Source: Hormiphora californensis
Taxonomy: Eukaryota > Animalia > Ctenophora
Assembly (NCBI GenBank): GCA_020137815.1
Contig: CM035356.1
Coordinates: forward strand, 248,001-312,000
Length of the DNA: 64,000 nucleotides
Direction: 5' to 3'
Shown piece by piece: positions 1 through 16,077 of the stretch. The notes under the pieces are model-generated. The model worked only from the letters and a program-made list of their open reading frames with translations. It made no database searches and was not told where the DNA came from. The translations under genes were made by a program, and so were the position numbers. How positions within the stretch are numbered: the first letter of the stretch is position 1; every line of letters starts with the position of its first letter.

Positions 1-441
1 GAGAGAGAGATAGAGAGAGAGAAAAAAATAAAGGGATAAAAGGACATGAATTAGATTTCTCGTGTAATAATTGAAGCAAGATTACAACTACATAATTGTC
101 AGGGAAAGCTGCAGGAGAAGTAGTATTTCACTAATTATGCTCTTGGTTTCCAAATGAGAACTCCTAAATGTGCCCTCCAAAATAAAATTAAACCAAAGTT
201 GAAAGCTTTATCTTTACTACTAAACCTGTCACTCCCAATTTTACAAGACGGTTGTCTACAAAATGAAAGTGATTGCCGGAATGAGATCAAATAAAAGAAG
301 CATCCTGCAGAAAGTATCAACTCTAAGTCTCACACTAATTCGACTCATTAGTCAGTAGTCACCAATTATAATTATTTGCATTTGAAAACCAGGCAAAATT
401 ACCTTTTCAATTACATTTGGTAGCTGTTAAAATCAACTTAC

Positions 442-5505
<5,064 letters not shown>

Positions 5506-6076
5506 GATAACAGCTGCACTTCATGCCCTCTGAACAAAGAGGAAGGGGGTTGAGAGGGAGGAGTTGAGAGGAGAGTTTAGGTTGTCTTGCTTTACACACT
5601 CATACACACTCTTAGATCAAACTCACGTATTATAATCTGTAGTGGGGCTGGCGCTATTTCTCACAGTTCTCACAAATTAAAAACGAAACGAGTTGTAAAG
5701 AAAATAATAATTTTACCAAATGTATTTTAACACATATTTACATGGAGTATAATTGCTCTGTATCCAATATATTTAATTTTGTAATAACACAATGTACGAA
5801 CTTCATTAGATATATAATTAAATAAAATTAGCAGATTAAGAGATCGGGGCGATATAGAGATTGAGACATTAAATTTAACTCTGGCGTGGGATTGAAAATA
5901 CAGATTACAGACACATTTTATCTACAGATAGAGAGAGAGAGAGAGAGAGTTGTTAGACGATACCTTAACCTCCAAACTGGTCGAGATCAGGCTGATCGCC
6001 TGACAGAGAAATAGTACACAGACATGCAGAACATTTATTAATCACCTATTTACCCTTTCTCTGGGATACACATCTT

Positions 6077-7675
6077 TCAAAACCCAAGTTTCTGTTTATT
6101 GTTAGTGACATTATTGAAGCATTGATCAAGGAAACTCTTCAGCGCCTCATACAGGGTAGCACCAGGGACAGCACGGACCGCCAGGGTGAGCAGCAGCCGG
6201 TAAAAGGATAGGAATGTTAGACTCTTTGCTGTTGAGTCGTGCTGATGGCATATGGTGATATAAAGGAGATCTAGCTCTGCGTTGGTGACTGTTGGTAGTA
6301 TATCAAGTACTCGGCAGGTCCGGACAAAGCTCCTAAACCCGCTGCTTCCCAACATTGATCCCTTTCTCAGGGAACTCTTTTTCAGGAACATGGTGTAAAG
6401 TTTCCTGCAGTCCTCGAATATCAGGAACCGCTTCGCGTCCTCCTCAATGTGTGGTCCAACTATTTTACAATAGCTCTCGTCGGCACGGCGTTTGAACAAG
6501 ATGTGTAGTGCACCTTTTAGTGCCTCCTTCTTCACCAGAACGTCCACAGGGCTTGTAACAGTGGTCTTGGCAGAGGAAACCTCATCGACAACTTCGTAAT
6601 CTGTTGTCATTGAGGGAAATCCATTAATTTCCAACAGAAATGGGTTCAGCGACTCGTCAAGGAGGACATCAAAACCAAGAAGGTGAAAGTGTTGGGTCTC
6701 TGCGGAACATTTCTCCAAATTCAATTGCTCCACTTTAGTTAGGGGAGCAATGCAAATGAGTGTTTTAAAAACCAAATCCTTGATGATCTTCCATATTTTA
6801 TCGATATCGTGACCATTACTTTTCAGCAGAGTCATGACAGAGGTGAGGGTACGTTTTGATCCTTGGTTCTCATTTTCACTCCTCACAAAATCTTTGCTCA
6901 TTTTGTTAAGGGAGTAGTTTGTAAGGTGCATGTACGTCTTGTAGTAGTTCTTTGAACTTGGGCTCTCGTATTGCTGGGTACAAAACCGGACAAGACCTTC
7001 ATTGCACAGATATGCCTCTAAAGGGTCCAAGTTAGATACCAGAACATAAAGTCGGAAATCAAACTTAAACCCATCGATAAGAAGAGGATTACCAATGTAC
7101 CTCTGAACCACGGAATTTCGTGACATGGTTCCCTGTGTTAGATCCATAGGATTTCTGAACAGGTAAATACCATCTCCCTGGGATCCCTCATCAGGCTTTA
7201 GGATGAAATATTGATCCTTAGGCGTGTGCTTCTGAGTGAAGACGTGGTGGCAAAACGCAGCATATTGACTCGGGATAGACCACGATTGAGGGAGGAAGGA
7301 AAAGTGTCCGGGAAACAGTTCATGCATCAAGTTAACCAGTTGACACATTGGGCCCTTCCTACAAGCGATTTTAATTGCAGGAATGCGGTTTTGTAAGCGA
7401 GTTGAAACTACATCCTCTCCATCACAACCACACCAAATCAGATCGTACTTCACTTTGCTGTGAAGACCGAGCAAATATGACGCCTCATTTAGGTCGACTT
7501 TGTAACCAATCTCCGAGAAAGAGTCCTTCAGTAGTTGAGAGGGAAGACTCGAACGGGTTAGATAAACTTTAACTTTTTTCTTCCGCTTAGCTGGTGCAGC
7601 AGATCTGACGATTACAGCATTTTTAGTTGGAATAACTTCGACCTCTGACACCTCCTCCACATCGGCGAGCGTCAT
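6077..7675 (-). CDS. TTLL11: Tubulin polyglutamylase, TTLL11-like, intronless CDS, 532 aa
   Basis: TTL motifs FILKPDEGSQGDGIYL, VVQRYIGNPLLIDGFKFDFRLYVLV, HLTNYSLNK, LLGFDVLLDESLNPFLLEINGFPSM; 3' splice site (cccctgtctag) 5 nt before ATG; AATAAA on minus strand near 6035. Confidence 0.88.
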   Translation of the reverse strand: MTLADVEEVSEVEVIPTKNAVIVRSAAPAKRKKKVKVYLTRSSLPSQLLKDSFSEIGYKVDLNEASYLLGLHSKVKYDLIWCGCDGEDVVSTRLQNRIPAIKIACRKGPMCQLVNLMHELFPGHFSFLPQSWSIPSQYAAFCHHVFTQKHTPKDQYFILKPDEGSQGDGIYLFRNPMDLTQGTMSRNSVVQRYIGNPLLIDGFKFDFRLYVLVSNLDPLEAYLCNEGLVRFCTQQYESPSSKNYYKTYMHLTNYSLNKMSKDFVRSENENQGSKRTLTSVMTLLKSNGHDIDKIWKIIKDLVFKTLICIAPLTKVEQLNLEKCSAETQHFHLLGFDVLLDESLNPFLLEINGFPSMTTDYEVVDEVSSAKTTVTSPVDVLVKKEALKGALHILFKRRADESYCKIVGPHIEEDAKRFLIFEDCRKLYTMFLKKSSLRKGSMLGSSGFRSFVRTCRVLDILPTVTNAELDLLYITICHQHDSTAKSLTFLSFYRLLLTLAVRAVPGATLYEALKSFLDQCFNNVTNNKQKLGF

Positions 7676-7988
7676 AAAAACTAGACAGGGGGATTTTTAG
7701 CGTAAATCTTGATATTTAGTAGTCTAAGTAGATTGGAAATTGAAATAAACGCCAATAAATTGTCATAGGAAGCAGGAGATCAGCGAAACAAGCTTCAGAT
7801 CGGCTAAAAACTTTTTTAATCCCGTTTTTTAAAACTTCAATTTTGAAAATTTCAAACTTCGCGTTCGGACACTGCACGCGCGGCGCATTGAAAATAAATT
7901 AAAAAACTTTCAATTTCGCGCGTTACATTTTGTGCTCAGTTAATGCAGCGTAGAAATATGAAAACTCGTAAAAACGAGTCCAAGCTCG

Positions 7989-8058
7989 TAGTGGAAGCTC
8001 TTACGGTAATTCCCACGAGCGTGGGAAATTCTCACGCCGCGCGCATTTTTCCCACGCC
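7989..8058 (-). promoter_or_regulatory. CpG-rich element with four CSL/Su(H)-type sites; inverted copy of 12072-12144
   Basis: TTCCCACG 8010-8017, CGTGGGAA 8020-8027, TTCTCACG 8029-8036, TTCCCACG 8049-8056; ~310 bp upstream of the TTLL11 ATG; function inferred. Confidence 0.5.
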
Positions 8059-8522
8059 GAAAGCATATACAGTGCTGACAAAACATCTGGGCTGCGCGTG
8101 GATTTCTCAAATTTATCGTTTCTTCGATTCAGTTTTTACTTTTTAGACAAAGCTCCTTTGATTCGTCGTTTCCCTACATAAAAGAAAGACATTCAGATGG
8201 GGCTGCAGGCTGCAGCTGCTGATGGTCACCTCCAAACAGGTAACACAAGATAAAGAATTGCCCTTCTGTACTCTGTAGTAATCGTAAATTGGGGTTGGAG
8301 CACCATTCTTTTTGGTTTTTTCCATTTTTTCTTTTCTTTCTCCGTCTTTTTGGCCTGGGTGTCCGCGGACACCCGGACACCCACGAGTGCCGTCTCACGA
8401 GGGAGCACTGAGAATCTACAAAAATGTTAAGAAAAGTTTCCTAACTGTGAAGATACGGCCCTACAGAGAGACTAGAATCTAGATCGAATGGTACGGTACC
8501 ATTGGTACTATGTAACCTGATC

Positions 8523-8621
8523 ACACACTAGATTATAGAATAGGTAGGTCATAGGTGCCCTTTTCCACTGGAAAACTCCGACAGGGCACCTATGACCTAC
8601 CTATTCTATCATCTAGTGTGT
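8523..8621. mobile_element. Small palindromic MITE-like element
   Basis: 38-bp inverted arms ACACACTAGATTATAGAATAGGTAGGTCATAGGTGCCC / GGGCACCTATGACCTACCTATTCTATCATCTAGTGTGT. Confidence 0.7.
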
Positions 8622-8655
8622 AGCTGCACAAGTCACAAGAGGGAGATTGGCAATA

Positions 8656-8736
8656 CAGTCGGACCCCGATTTAGTGGCCCCCGATTTAGTGGCAGGATTT
8701 TTTCCCCGAGGATGCCACTAAATCGGGGTCCGACTG
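8656..8736. mobile_element. Tc1/mariner-pogo type MITE
   Basis: TA|CAGTCGGACCCCGATTTAGTGG...CCACTAAATCGGGGTCCGACTG|TA; related ends recur near 56445-56473 and 57540-57577. Confidence 0.85.
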
Positions 8737-8798
8737 TATGTCTATGAAAAAGTTATTAACAGCTAGGCACAATATTAACTCTCCCTATCATCCTCTAG

Positions 8799-11064
8799 GT
8801 TGAAGATCGTTTAGTAAAGCCACTGTGTATCTACCCGACACCACGACCATCTCTGTACAATATGATGGACAGATATTTGGATCGGCCCTTTGTGGTAGAG
8901 TTTGTGAGAGAACATAATTCCAGGCTTGGTATGACGCTCTGTCTAAATGAACAGGAACATCTTGCTGTCAAGAATATCGTGTCAACAGGTTAGTGCACGC
9001 TGTATATAGTTTAGAGGGGGATTTTGGAACATAGAGTGCAAGTGTGAGCACTTGAACAAAGTATCAAATTCACTTCCATTTCCCTATATGATTGTCAGCG
9101 GGTGAAAATTTGTCTGATATACCCTGCCCGCTATTAAAAGCAAGGATGTTTTTGCCGCTAAAACTTATAGTCAATAAATCCTTGCTCATATAAAGTATAA
9201 ACCCCTCCCTTTGGTAGGGTTTTATACCATATACCACCCTCCCTGCTTCGCAGGTCGGGCAGTATATGGTGCAGCGAATCACCCTAGCGGGTGACCCGCT
9301 ACATATAATAAACCCAGGTTTATTGATTACATATCCATCACCAGGTCCTGATCCTCTCTTCACCAGATCTAGTCTTGACTGACCTCACCTCTTCCCCCAG
9401 GTCTAATATACCAAGATGGCCGTCTCCGGTCGGGTGACGTTGTCCCTGAAATAAACGATGTCCCCGTTAGTGGCCTATCATTCGAACAGGCAGCCTACTA
9501 CGACAATGCAAGAATAGGGTCCGACTAACTGTAATGAATGCCAATCTTGTCCAGTGCCCCCATCCGATGCAGAGCTGGAGATGCTCTTTAATATCGGGGA
9601 TGGAGATAGCAGTGCACTTACCACTCATGAGTAAGTTTCAGATCACACGTTGCTACTTGCTATAATCTCTTACCAGTTCCAGTATCGATCAAATCACACC
9701 CCCTGCCTTGCCTTGTTCGACCTTGTTGCACTGTAGGCTAAGTTACACTATAGTAGCTGAAAAGTTACTCCGCCGTGAGTAGGGAGGGAGAATTGTTGGA
9801 GATGGAGATGGAGATGGAGATGGAGATGGAGATGGAGATGGAGATGGAGATGGAGATGGAGATGGAGATGGAGATGGAGATGGAGATGGAGATGGAGATG
9901 GAGATGGAGATGGAGATGGAGATGGAGATGGAGATGGAGATGGAGATGGAGATGGAGATGGAGATGGAGATGGAGATGGAGATGGAGATGGAGATGGAGA
10001 TGGAGATGGAGATGGAGATGGAGATGGAGATGGAGATGGAGATGGAGATGGAGATGGAGATGGAGATGGAGATGGAGATGGAGATGGAGATGGAGATGGA
10101 GATGGAGATGGAGATGGAGATGGAGATGGAGATGGAGATGGAGATGGAGATGGAGATGGAGATGGAGATGGAGATGGAGATGGAGATGGAGATGGAGATG
10201 GAGATGGAGATGGAGATGGAGATGGAGATGGAGATGGAGATGGAGATGGAGATGGAGATGGAGATGGAGATGGAGATGGAGATGGAGATGGAGATGGAGA
10301 TGGAGATGGAGATGGAGATGGAGATGGAGATGGAGATGGAGATGGAGATGGAGATGGAGATGGAGATGGAGATGGAGATGGAGATGGAGATGGAGATGGA
10401 GATGGAGATGGAGATGGAGATGGAGATGGAGATGGAGATGGAGAGAGCAGCGTTTAGTGTCCGGTTTCATATTCCTTCTTTTGAATGGGATTCTTGTTGT
10501 GTGTGTTTACAAATTTTTAGGAGGGTCAGAACTCAGAACATAACAACCTGCTCACACTCCCCTGATACCGAGTGCAGATCTCTCTAAACCCTGTTCATCC
10601 TCTAGGTTTGACGATCAGTAAAACTCTACACTACGAACAAATAGTGACGGTGACAATAGTTCGGCAGGCTCTTGGCATCACAATTCTGCATTCAGGGAGG
10701 TAGCGACACACTCCAGGGCTGTATCAGGGTGTTGAGTAGTGAGTAGTCCTGCAGTGGCGACTGAGATTATACCTAAGGATAAACTGCTCAGTGTAGCTGG
10801 TGAGTACTGAACCTGATTGTCTTGTTCCACCCTGATCACCACGCCGCGAACAAATGTAACATAAGAACATTGTCGAGGGGAATTCAGGAGAGGGAATAAG
10901 AGGGAATTTTTACACAATCATACATACCTAGATATGTAATAACAGCTCTCCTTGCAGGTCCTGACTAACTGTACCCACGACCGAGTACTAGAGATAATGA
11001 GAGAGGCTCCCATTCAAACCACATTTTAGTTGCCTCGCCACTTCGGATCCCGGCCAGATGAGAG
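8799..11064 (+). pseudogene. Degenerate multi-exon gene with two PDZ domains
   Basis: Exons ~8799-8988 (FVVEFVREHNSRLGMTL...VKNIVST), 9401-9630 (GLIYQDGRLRSGDVVPEINDVPVSGLSFEQA, then frameshift to LLRQCKNRVRLTV), 10606-10799 (LGITIL...SSPAVATEIIPKDKLLSVA, with stops/shifts), 10958-11064 (TNCTHDRVLEIMREAP); canonical splice sites but several disablements. Confidence 0.65.
9799..10443. repeat. Perfect (GAGATG)n hexamer array, ~107 copies, intronic
   Basis: Directly visible; explains poly-EM / poly-LH ORFs. Confidence 0.97.
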
Positions 11065-12071
11065 GTACAAAATTATCGATTCTTGTCATTTCTGATAGAG
11101 GCCCACCCCATGTGACACGTTAAGATAAGGAAGGAAGCGGAGAAGACTGAAATCATCCCTTCTCAGAAGAGATGATTTGTGTCTCTTTCTAGGCTAGACG
11201 GTTGTCTTTTTGAATAGTCGATTATAAACCAAAAGGAGCATGGTACTGGACGCACTTTTAACTAACCTTCCCTCCCCCTCCCAGGATCATGCCGAGTACT
11301 GGTTACAACACCCTCTCTACACGATTAATATCATCCCATCTACAAGATATGTGTATCTAAAATCGATGCCTTGAATCAGCCGTTAGACCCGTTTCCCATA
11401 ATAATATAACGGAATTCGACTAACTACGGTACGGACATCGGACACGTCTACTAAAGTTAGACACTGAGGTGTCACTGTCCGCATTCCCTACAAGATGCGG
11501 CTGTAAATTGAGATTTATAGGACTATAATTATCGTTAGATTAGGATATCACAAACTCTTTTTACCATGTTCTAGGGTTTGAACAAAACTCTTTGAGAATA
11601 TTACATACATATATTGTGATCGATAAGTAGTGTCCAGAAAGTTAACAATTGTTTGTGATCTGTCTTCTTAGAACTATGCGTTCAATTTGTTATAAATTCA
11701 TCTAATCAAAGAATATTCATTTTGTACCCAATATATCAATTAAGAATGTTTCGGCGGAGGGTGAAACTTTCATACTTTATCGTTGTAATTAGACGACGCT
11801 GGGGCTGGTTACAGCCATGACAGCACTCTTGGGCTGGTTTCCCTTCCGCCGAACTGTTCCTCATTGATGTTCCAACGTCAATGATGCAATCCATTGATGC
11901 AATGTGTCATGTGTGTGCAGTGTGATTGTACCGAAATTCTCAGTGACGTGCTGCTGCAGCAGTGTTCCGATGCTCGCGGCGCTACCCAAATTGGCCCAAT
12001 TTTGTTAACAACTGCATCCTCAACACTTTAGTAGACGTCACGCGCGATAATTCTTTGCGCGGTGAAAGCAA

Positions 12072-12144
12072 AGCGTGGGAAAAGAGGGCGCGGCGTGGGA
12101 AATGTTCCCACGGTGCGTGGGAATTACCGTAAGAGCTTCCACTA
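12072..12144 (+). promoter_or_regulatory. CpG-rich element with four CSL/Su(H)-type sites upstream of the plus-strand cluster
   Basis: CGTGGGAA 12074, 12094, 12116; TTCCCACG 12105; 12116-12144 is the exact reverse complement of 7989-8017. Confidence 0.5.
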
Positions 12145-12211
12145 TCGGTCGCTTTTGGTCGCTTTTGGTTTAGAAAAAATTTCTTGCTGAAATCGAAAAT
12201 TGTTTCACCCG

Positions 12212-12231
12212 TTGAAAAGCGCTGCCTTATC
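12212..12231 (+). promoter_or_regulatory. 20-nt motif TTGAAAAGCGCTGCCTTATC, copy 1 (candidate core-promoter element)
   Basis: Identical copy at 33628-33647; both precede the first gene of a plus-strand block. Confidence 0.4.
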
Positions 12232-12774
12232 CCGCGCAACGTTTGCCAATTTCACCCGCCTCTTCGTTGACCCTTCGTCTTATCGGGCCTTTTACTCATA
12301 ATAAGCGTGCTTCTAATCCTTAAGTACGGGTCATTTGAAGCATTTCAATCGTTCCAATCCTATCAGTGGGCAAAAATCCGTCCTTCTAGTCGCGATCCCG
12401 CCATGGACGTCTTCGCTTCCAAAATAGGTATGTAAAGTTCGTTAGTTTCTGTCCGTTTTAATCATCAAATCTCAGAACTGACCGTTTAATACTTTTACAG
12501 GAATAGGATACTACTAGTTAATGTAACTAGGCCAAAGTATAGTTAGCATCACAGAAGAATCTAAGTCAGGACGTAGCCTAGGGCTAAGGTTTGCTAGTGT
12601 GAGTGTACCCACTCCAGTGGTAGGACTTATGTTATTGTATATAATACGTTGGTAAGAGTTATGATAACGTAAAAAGTAATCTGTTGTTTACGTAAACTAT
12701 AATTCTACTCGAATCTGCATGTTTCTACTTTAACACTCTGTTTTAGCTACCTCAAAGCAACCGGATAATTCGCT

Positions 12775-14867
12775 ATGGCTCCCCGAGATGTAAGTTAACA
12801 GTTGGTGTTGGATGTAAGATGTGTTATAACCCCAACTGATTCTAACCATATAATCTCCCTCGTTCTAACCCCATTCTCTCCATCGTTCTAACCCCATAAT
12901 AATAATAATAAAATAACCCCATTCTTTCTTTCAGCAGTATGTTGATTGTGAATCAATGTATACAAATTAGATTGAATAAATAATAAATCTTTCAGCAAAA
13001 CGGTGACCCCAAGGAGGAGGCGCTGAGGAAGTTGTTCGTTGGAGGACTCTCCCGAGATACCAGTGATGATCAATTCAAGGATTACTTTAACACCTTTGGA
13101 GAGGTGGTCGATCATATTGTCATTAAGGACAACAGTGGTTTCTCAAAGTATGTCTATAACATATCTTACTGGCCCCCTCTAGCTCTTTAGCCCCACTTAA
13201 TTCCAGTCTAGTAACATCTTCCCCTACATAAATGAATGCATGTCTGACTGATCTCTTCCACAGGGGTTTTGGTTTCGTTACCTACGCCACTTCTGAGGGA
13301 GCTGACAACTGCATCCGACAGAAGAACGAGGGTGAGGGTCACATGGTGAACGGAAAGAGTGTCGAGGTGAAGAGGGCCATTCCTCGAGATGCGGAACCCG
13401 AACAGCGGGAGAAGAACACCAAGATGTTTGTTGGAGGGCTCAACAAGACCACCACAGAGGAGACTATCAAGGAGTACTTTGAGCAGAGTTTCAACTGTAC
13501 AGTTGACAGGGTCGACCTCATCTACGAGAAGAAGGACCAGTGCGCTCCCGGACAGGAGCCCAGGCCAAGGTAAACACATTGTGTATGTGTTATAATACAC
13601 TTGTACATTTGTGTGGCATGTGTTGAGTGCATTGATCAGTGTCTTCAAAATATATGGGATAGTCTGCTCCGGGTTCCCTTTGTTACTTACTTGGTAACTT
13701 GAGATGTACTCTTGTGTACTGTGCGTGTGTGCCTGTATGTACATAGAAACACGACACGTTAGACACGACACATAGTCTACATCATCTCGTATCATGTGTC
13801 TTGTTTACATAACCCTGTGTCCCCTCCTGTTAATACATAACATGCAACTCTCCCCTAGTTTTACCATTCCTTTTCATTTCAGGGGTTTCGGTTTTGTCAC
13901 CATCAACGACTTTGATGTAGTAGATCACATTTGTGTGGTCAGGCATCACGACATCGATGGAAAGCAGGTTGAAGTGAAGAAGGCAGCACCCAAAGCCCAG
14001 ATGGAAGGAGGTGGACGAGGTGGTGGCGGTGGTGGACGGGGGTACGGAGGTCGAGGTGGCGGCAGACAGCAGGGCGGTGGTGGCTACGGAGGAGGTGGTG
14101 GCTATGGGGGTGGTAACCAGGGTGGATACGGTGGTGGACAGGGAGGTTATGGAGGAGGACAGGGTGGTTATGGAGGAGGTGGCTATGGAGGAAACCAGGG
14201 CGGTGGCTACGGAGGTGGCGGCTATGGAGGCGGCGCTGGTGGACGTAAGTAAAGACTTTTCAAAATACTCAAATGTTTATTTTTTGTAATCTATCAAAGT
14301 TTTCTTCCCGCCCAGATCCTACTGGGACCGCTGATAAAGATACAGCAAAGGACATTCAGAGCGGTTTATACTTTTAGTTGTAGACAATGTGATAAGTTAT
14401 CCCCCCTCTCTGTTTCTCTCTCCCCTCTAATCCCTGACTCTCTGCCAGGTGGTGGATACAACCAAGGAGGAGGCGGTGGATACGGCGGACAGCAAGGCGG
14501 CTATGGTGGTGATGATGGCTATGGTGGCGCTCAGGGTGGCTATGGAGGTGGCTATGGAACCCAGAGTGGCGGCTATGGCGGTGGACAGGGAGGTGGCGGC
14601 TACCAGAGTGGTGGTGGCTACCAGGGCGCCCAAAGTGGCGGCTACGGTGGCGCTCAAGCTGGAGGATACGGCGGTGCCCAGGGTGGAGGAGGATATGGAG
14701 GAGCACAGAGTGGTGGAGGCGCTACTGGGGGATATGGTGGAGCTCAGGGTGGTGGATATGGAGGTGGATATCAGAACAACAACTTCAGCGGACCAGAGAA
14801 AGCGGGACGAGGTGCGAGTAAAGGAGCTGCCCGGGGAGGTGCTGGAGGTGGATACAGACCGTACTAG
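12775..14867 (+). CDS. hnRNP A/B/D-family protein, 2 RRMs plus Gly/Tyr-rich tail
   Basis: Exons 12775-12789 (MAPRD), 12996-13147 (RKLFVGGLSRDT), 13264-13569 (KGFGFVTY...KMFVGGL), 13883-14244 (RGFGFVT...VEVKKA), 14449-14867 (GY-rich, ends GGYRPY*); phases consistent; upstream exon ends at donor 12428. Confidence 0.93.
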
Positions 14868-15138
14868 ACGACCAATAAGCGCCGCTGACAGCAGGACTCA
14901 GCTCTTCAGAGTAGTAGTATAGAGTCTAGCAGCACGCTAGAGTGGAGAGTTGTGATTATCCGGGACTGTTTCATGGTGGAAGAATTTATTTTTTAAGTTT
15001 TTAATCGTAACCCCCCGCCACCACTAACAACACAAAATCTATCTTTCTTGTTGAATCGACACCAGTGTGAAAGTTGTTATTTGTTTTACTCCCCAAAACC
15101 ACACGTCTCTTTTTAATGAGTACTTGGCTAATACAAAT

Positions 15139-15892
15139 GAGGGACCTGGTTCCATAATGGTATATCTGCAGAAAGTGCATTTTGAGATAATCGCAAAAAA
15201 CAGTTTTTTAAACTTCAAGCAGTTGCACTCCATTGAATATACAATCTTACCCCGTCAACCCTATGCATTTTAGAAACCTCAAGCAATTATCCTTAACTTC
15301 TAGTAAAAAGTAACAGATTCCAACAAAACAGCAAAAATTCTCGGCCCGTAGAAAAAGTTTAGTCTCAGATATACCAACCTCCTATTATTATAAGTGGTAT
15401 ATCTGCAGATATACCATTATTGTTTTAGATAAGTGGTACATATGCAGATATACCACCGTTTATAAAAAATATTGGCTGGTATATCTGCAGATGTACCTAG
15501 TTTTATATATTTTTGAAGGTGCATTTTTGCAGATATACCAAAATTTCTATTTCTAATTGGTATATCTGCAGATATACCATACATGGTAACTGTCTAAGGT
15601 TGGTACATCTGCAGATATACCCCCAAAGCATATTTTATAACTTAGTAGTATCTCAACATATACCATTACGTATTTTGAAGCCTTTGTACTATCTTAAGAT
15701 ATCCCAAGGAGGCCAAAAAACTGCAAAAGTGGTGGTACAAGTTAAGATGTACCAAAGTTTTTTTTTGTGTTCCCGAGGTCAGATCTTCACCAAAATTGGT
15801 CAGGAGGTACATTAGACCATCCCAAACATGCTCCCACTGTTATCTCCATTTTGGTATATCTGCACTTATACCATTATGGAACCAGGTCCCTC
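15139..15892. mobile_element. Non-autonomous DNA transposon, Sola2-like
   Basis: TIRs GAGGGACCTGGTTCCATAATGGTATA.../...TATACCATTATGGAACCAGGTCCCTC, 4-bp TSD AAAT both sides, many internal GGTATATCTGCAGATATACC palindromes; GRG termini plus 4-bp TSD fit Sola2. Confidence 0.75.
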
Positions 15893-16077
15893 AAATACCC
15901 ATACATGTCTCGTTTTACCCCAGTTGTCAAATGATGCCCCTCCCTCTCCTAATCTCACCTAACCCCCTCCCTCACTCTCCTAATCTCACCTAACCCCCTC
16001 CCTCGACCCTCCCAATCTCACCTAATCCCCTCCCTCACTCTCCTAATCTCACCTAACCTCCTCCCTGACCTCAGGGA

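Noticed and set aside
9748-10587. Poly-EM / poly-LH proteins, and poly-ER/SL ORFs elsewhere
   Set aside because: Microsatellite translations
14316-14363. In-frame cassette exon in the hnRNP Gly-rich region
   Set aside because: Acceptor plausible but donor gtttat is weak; no support without RNA data
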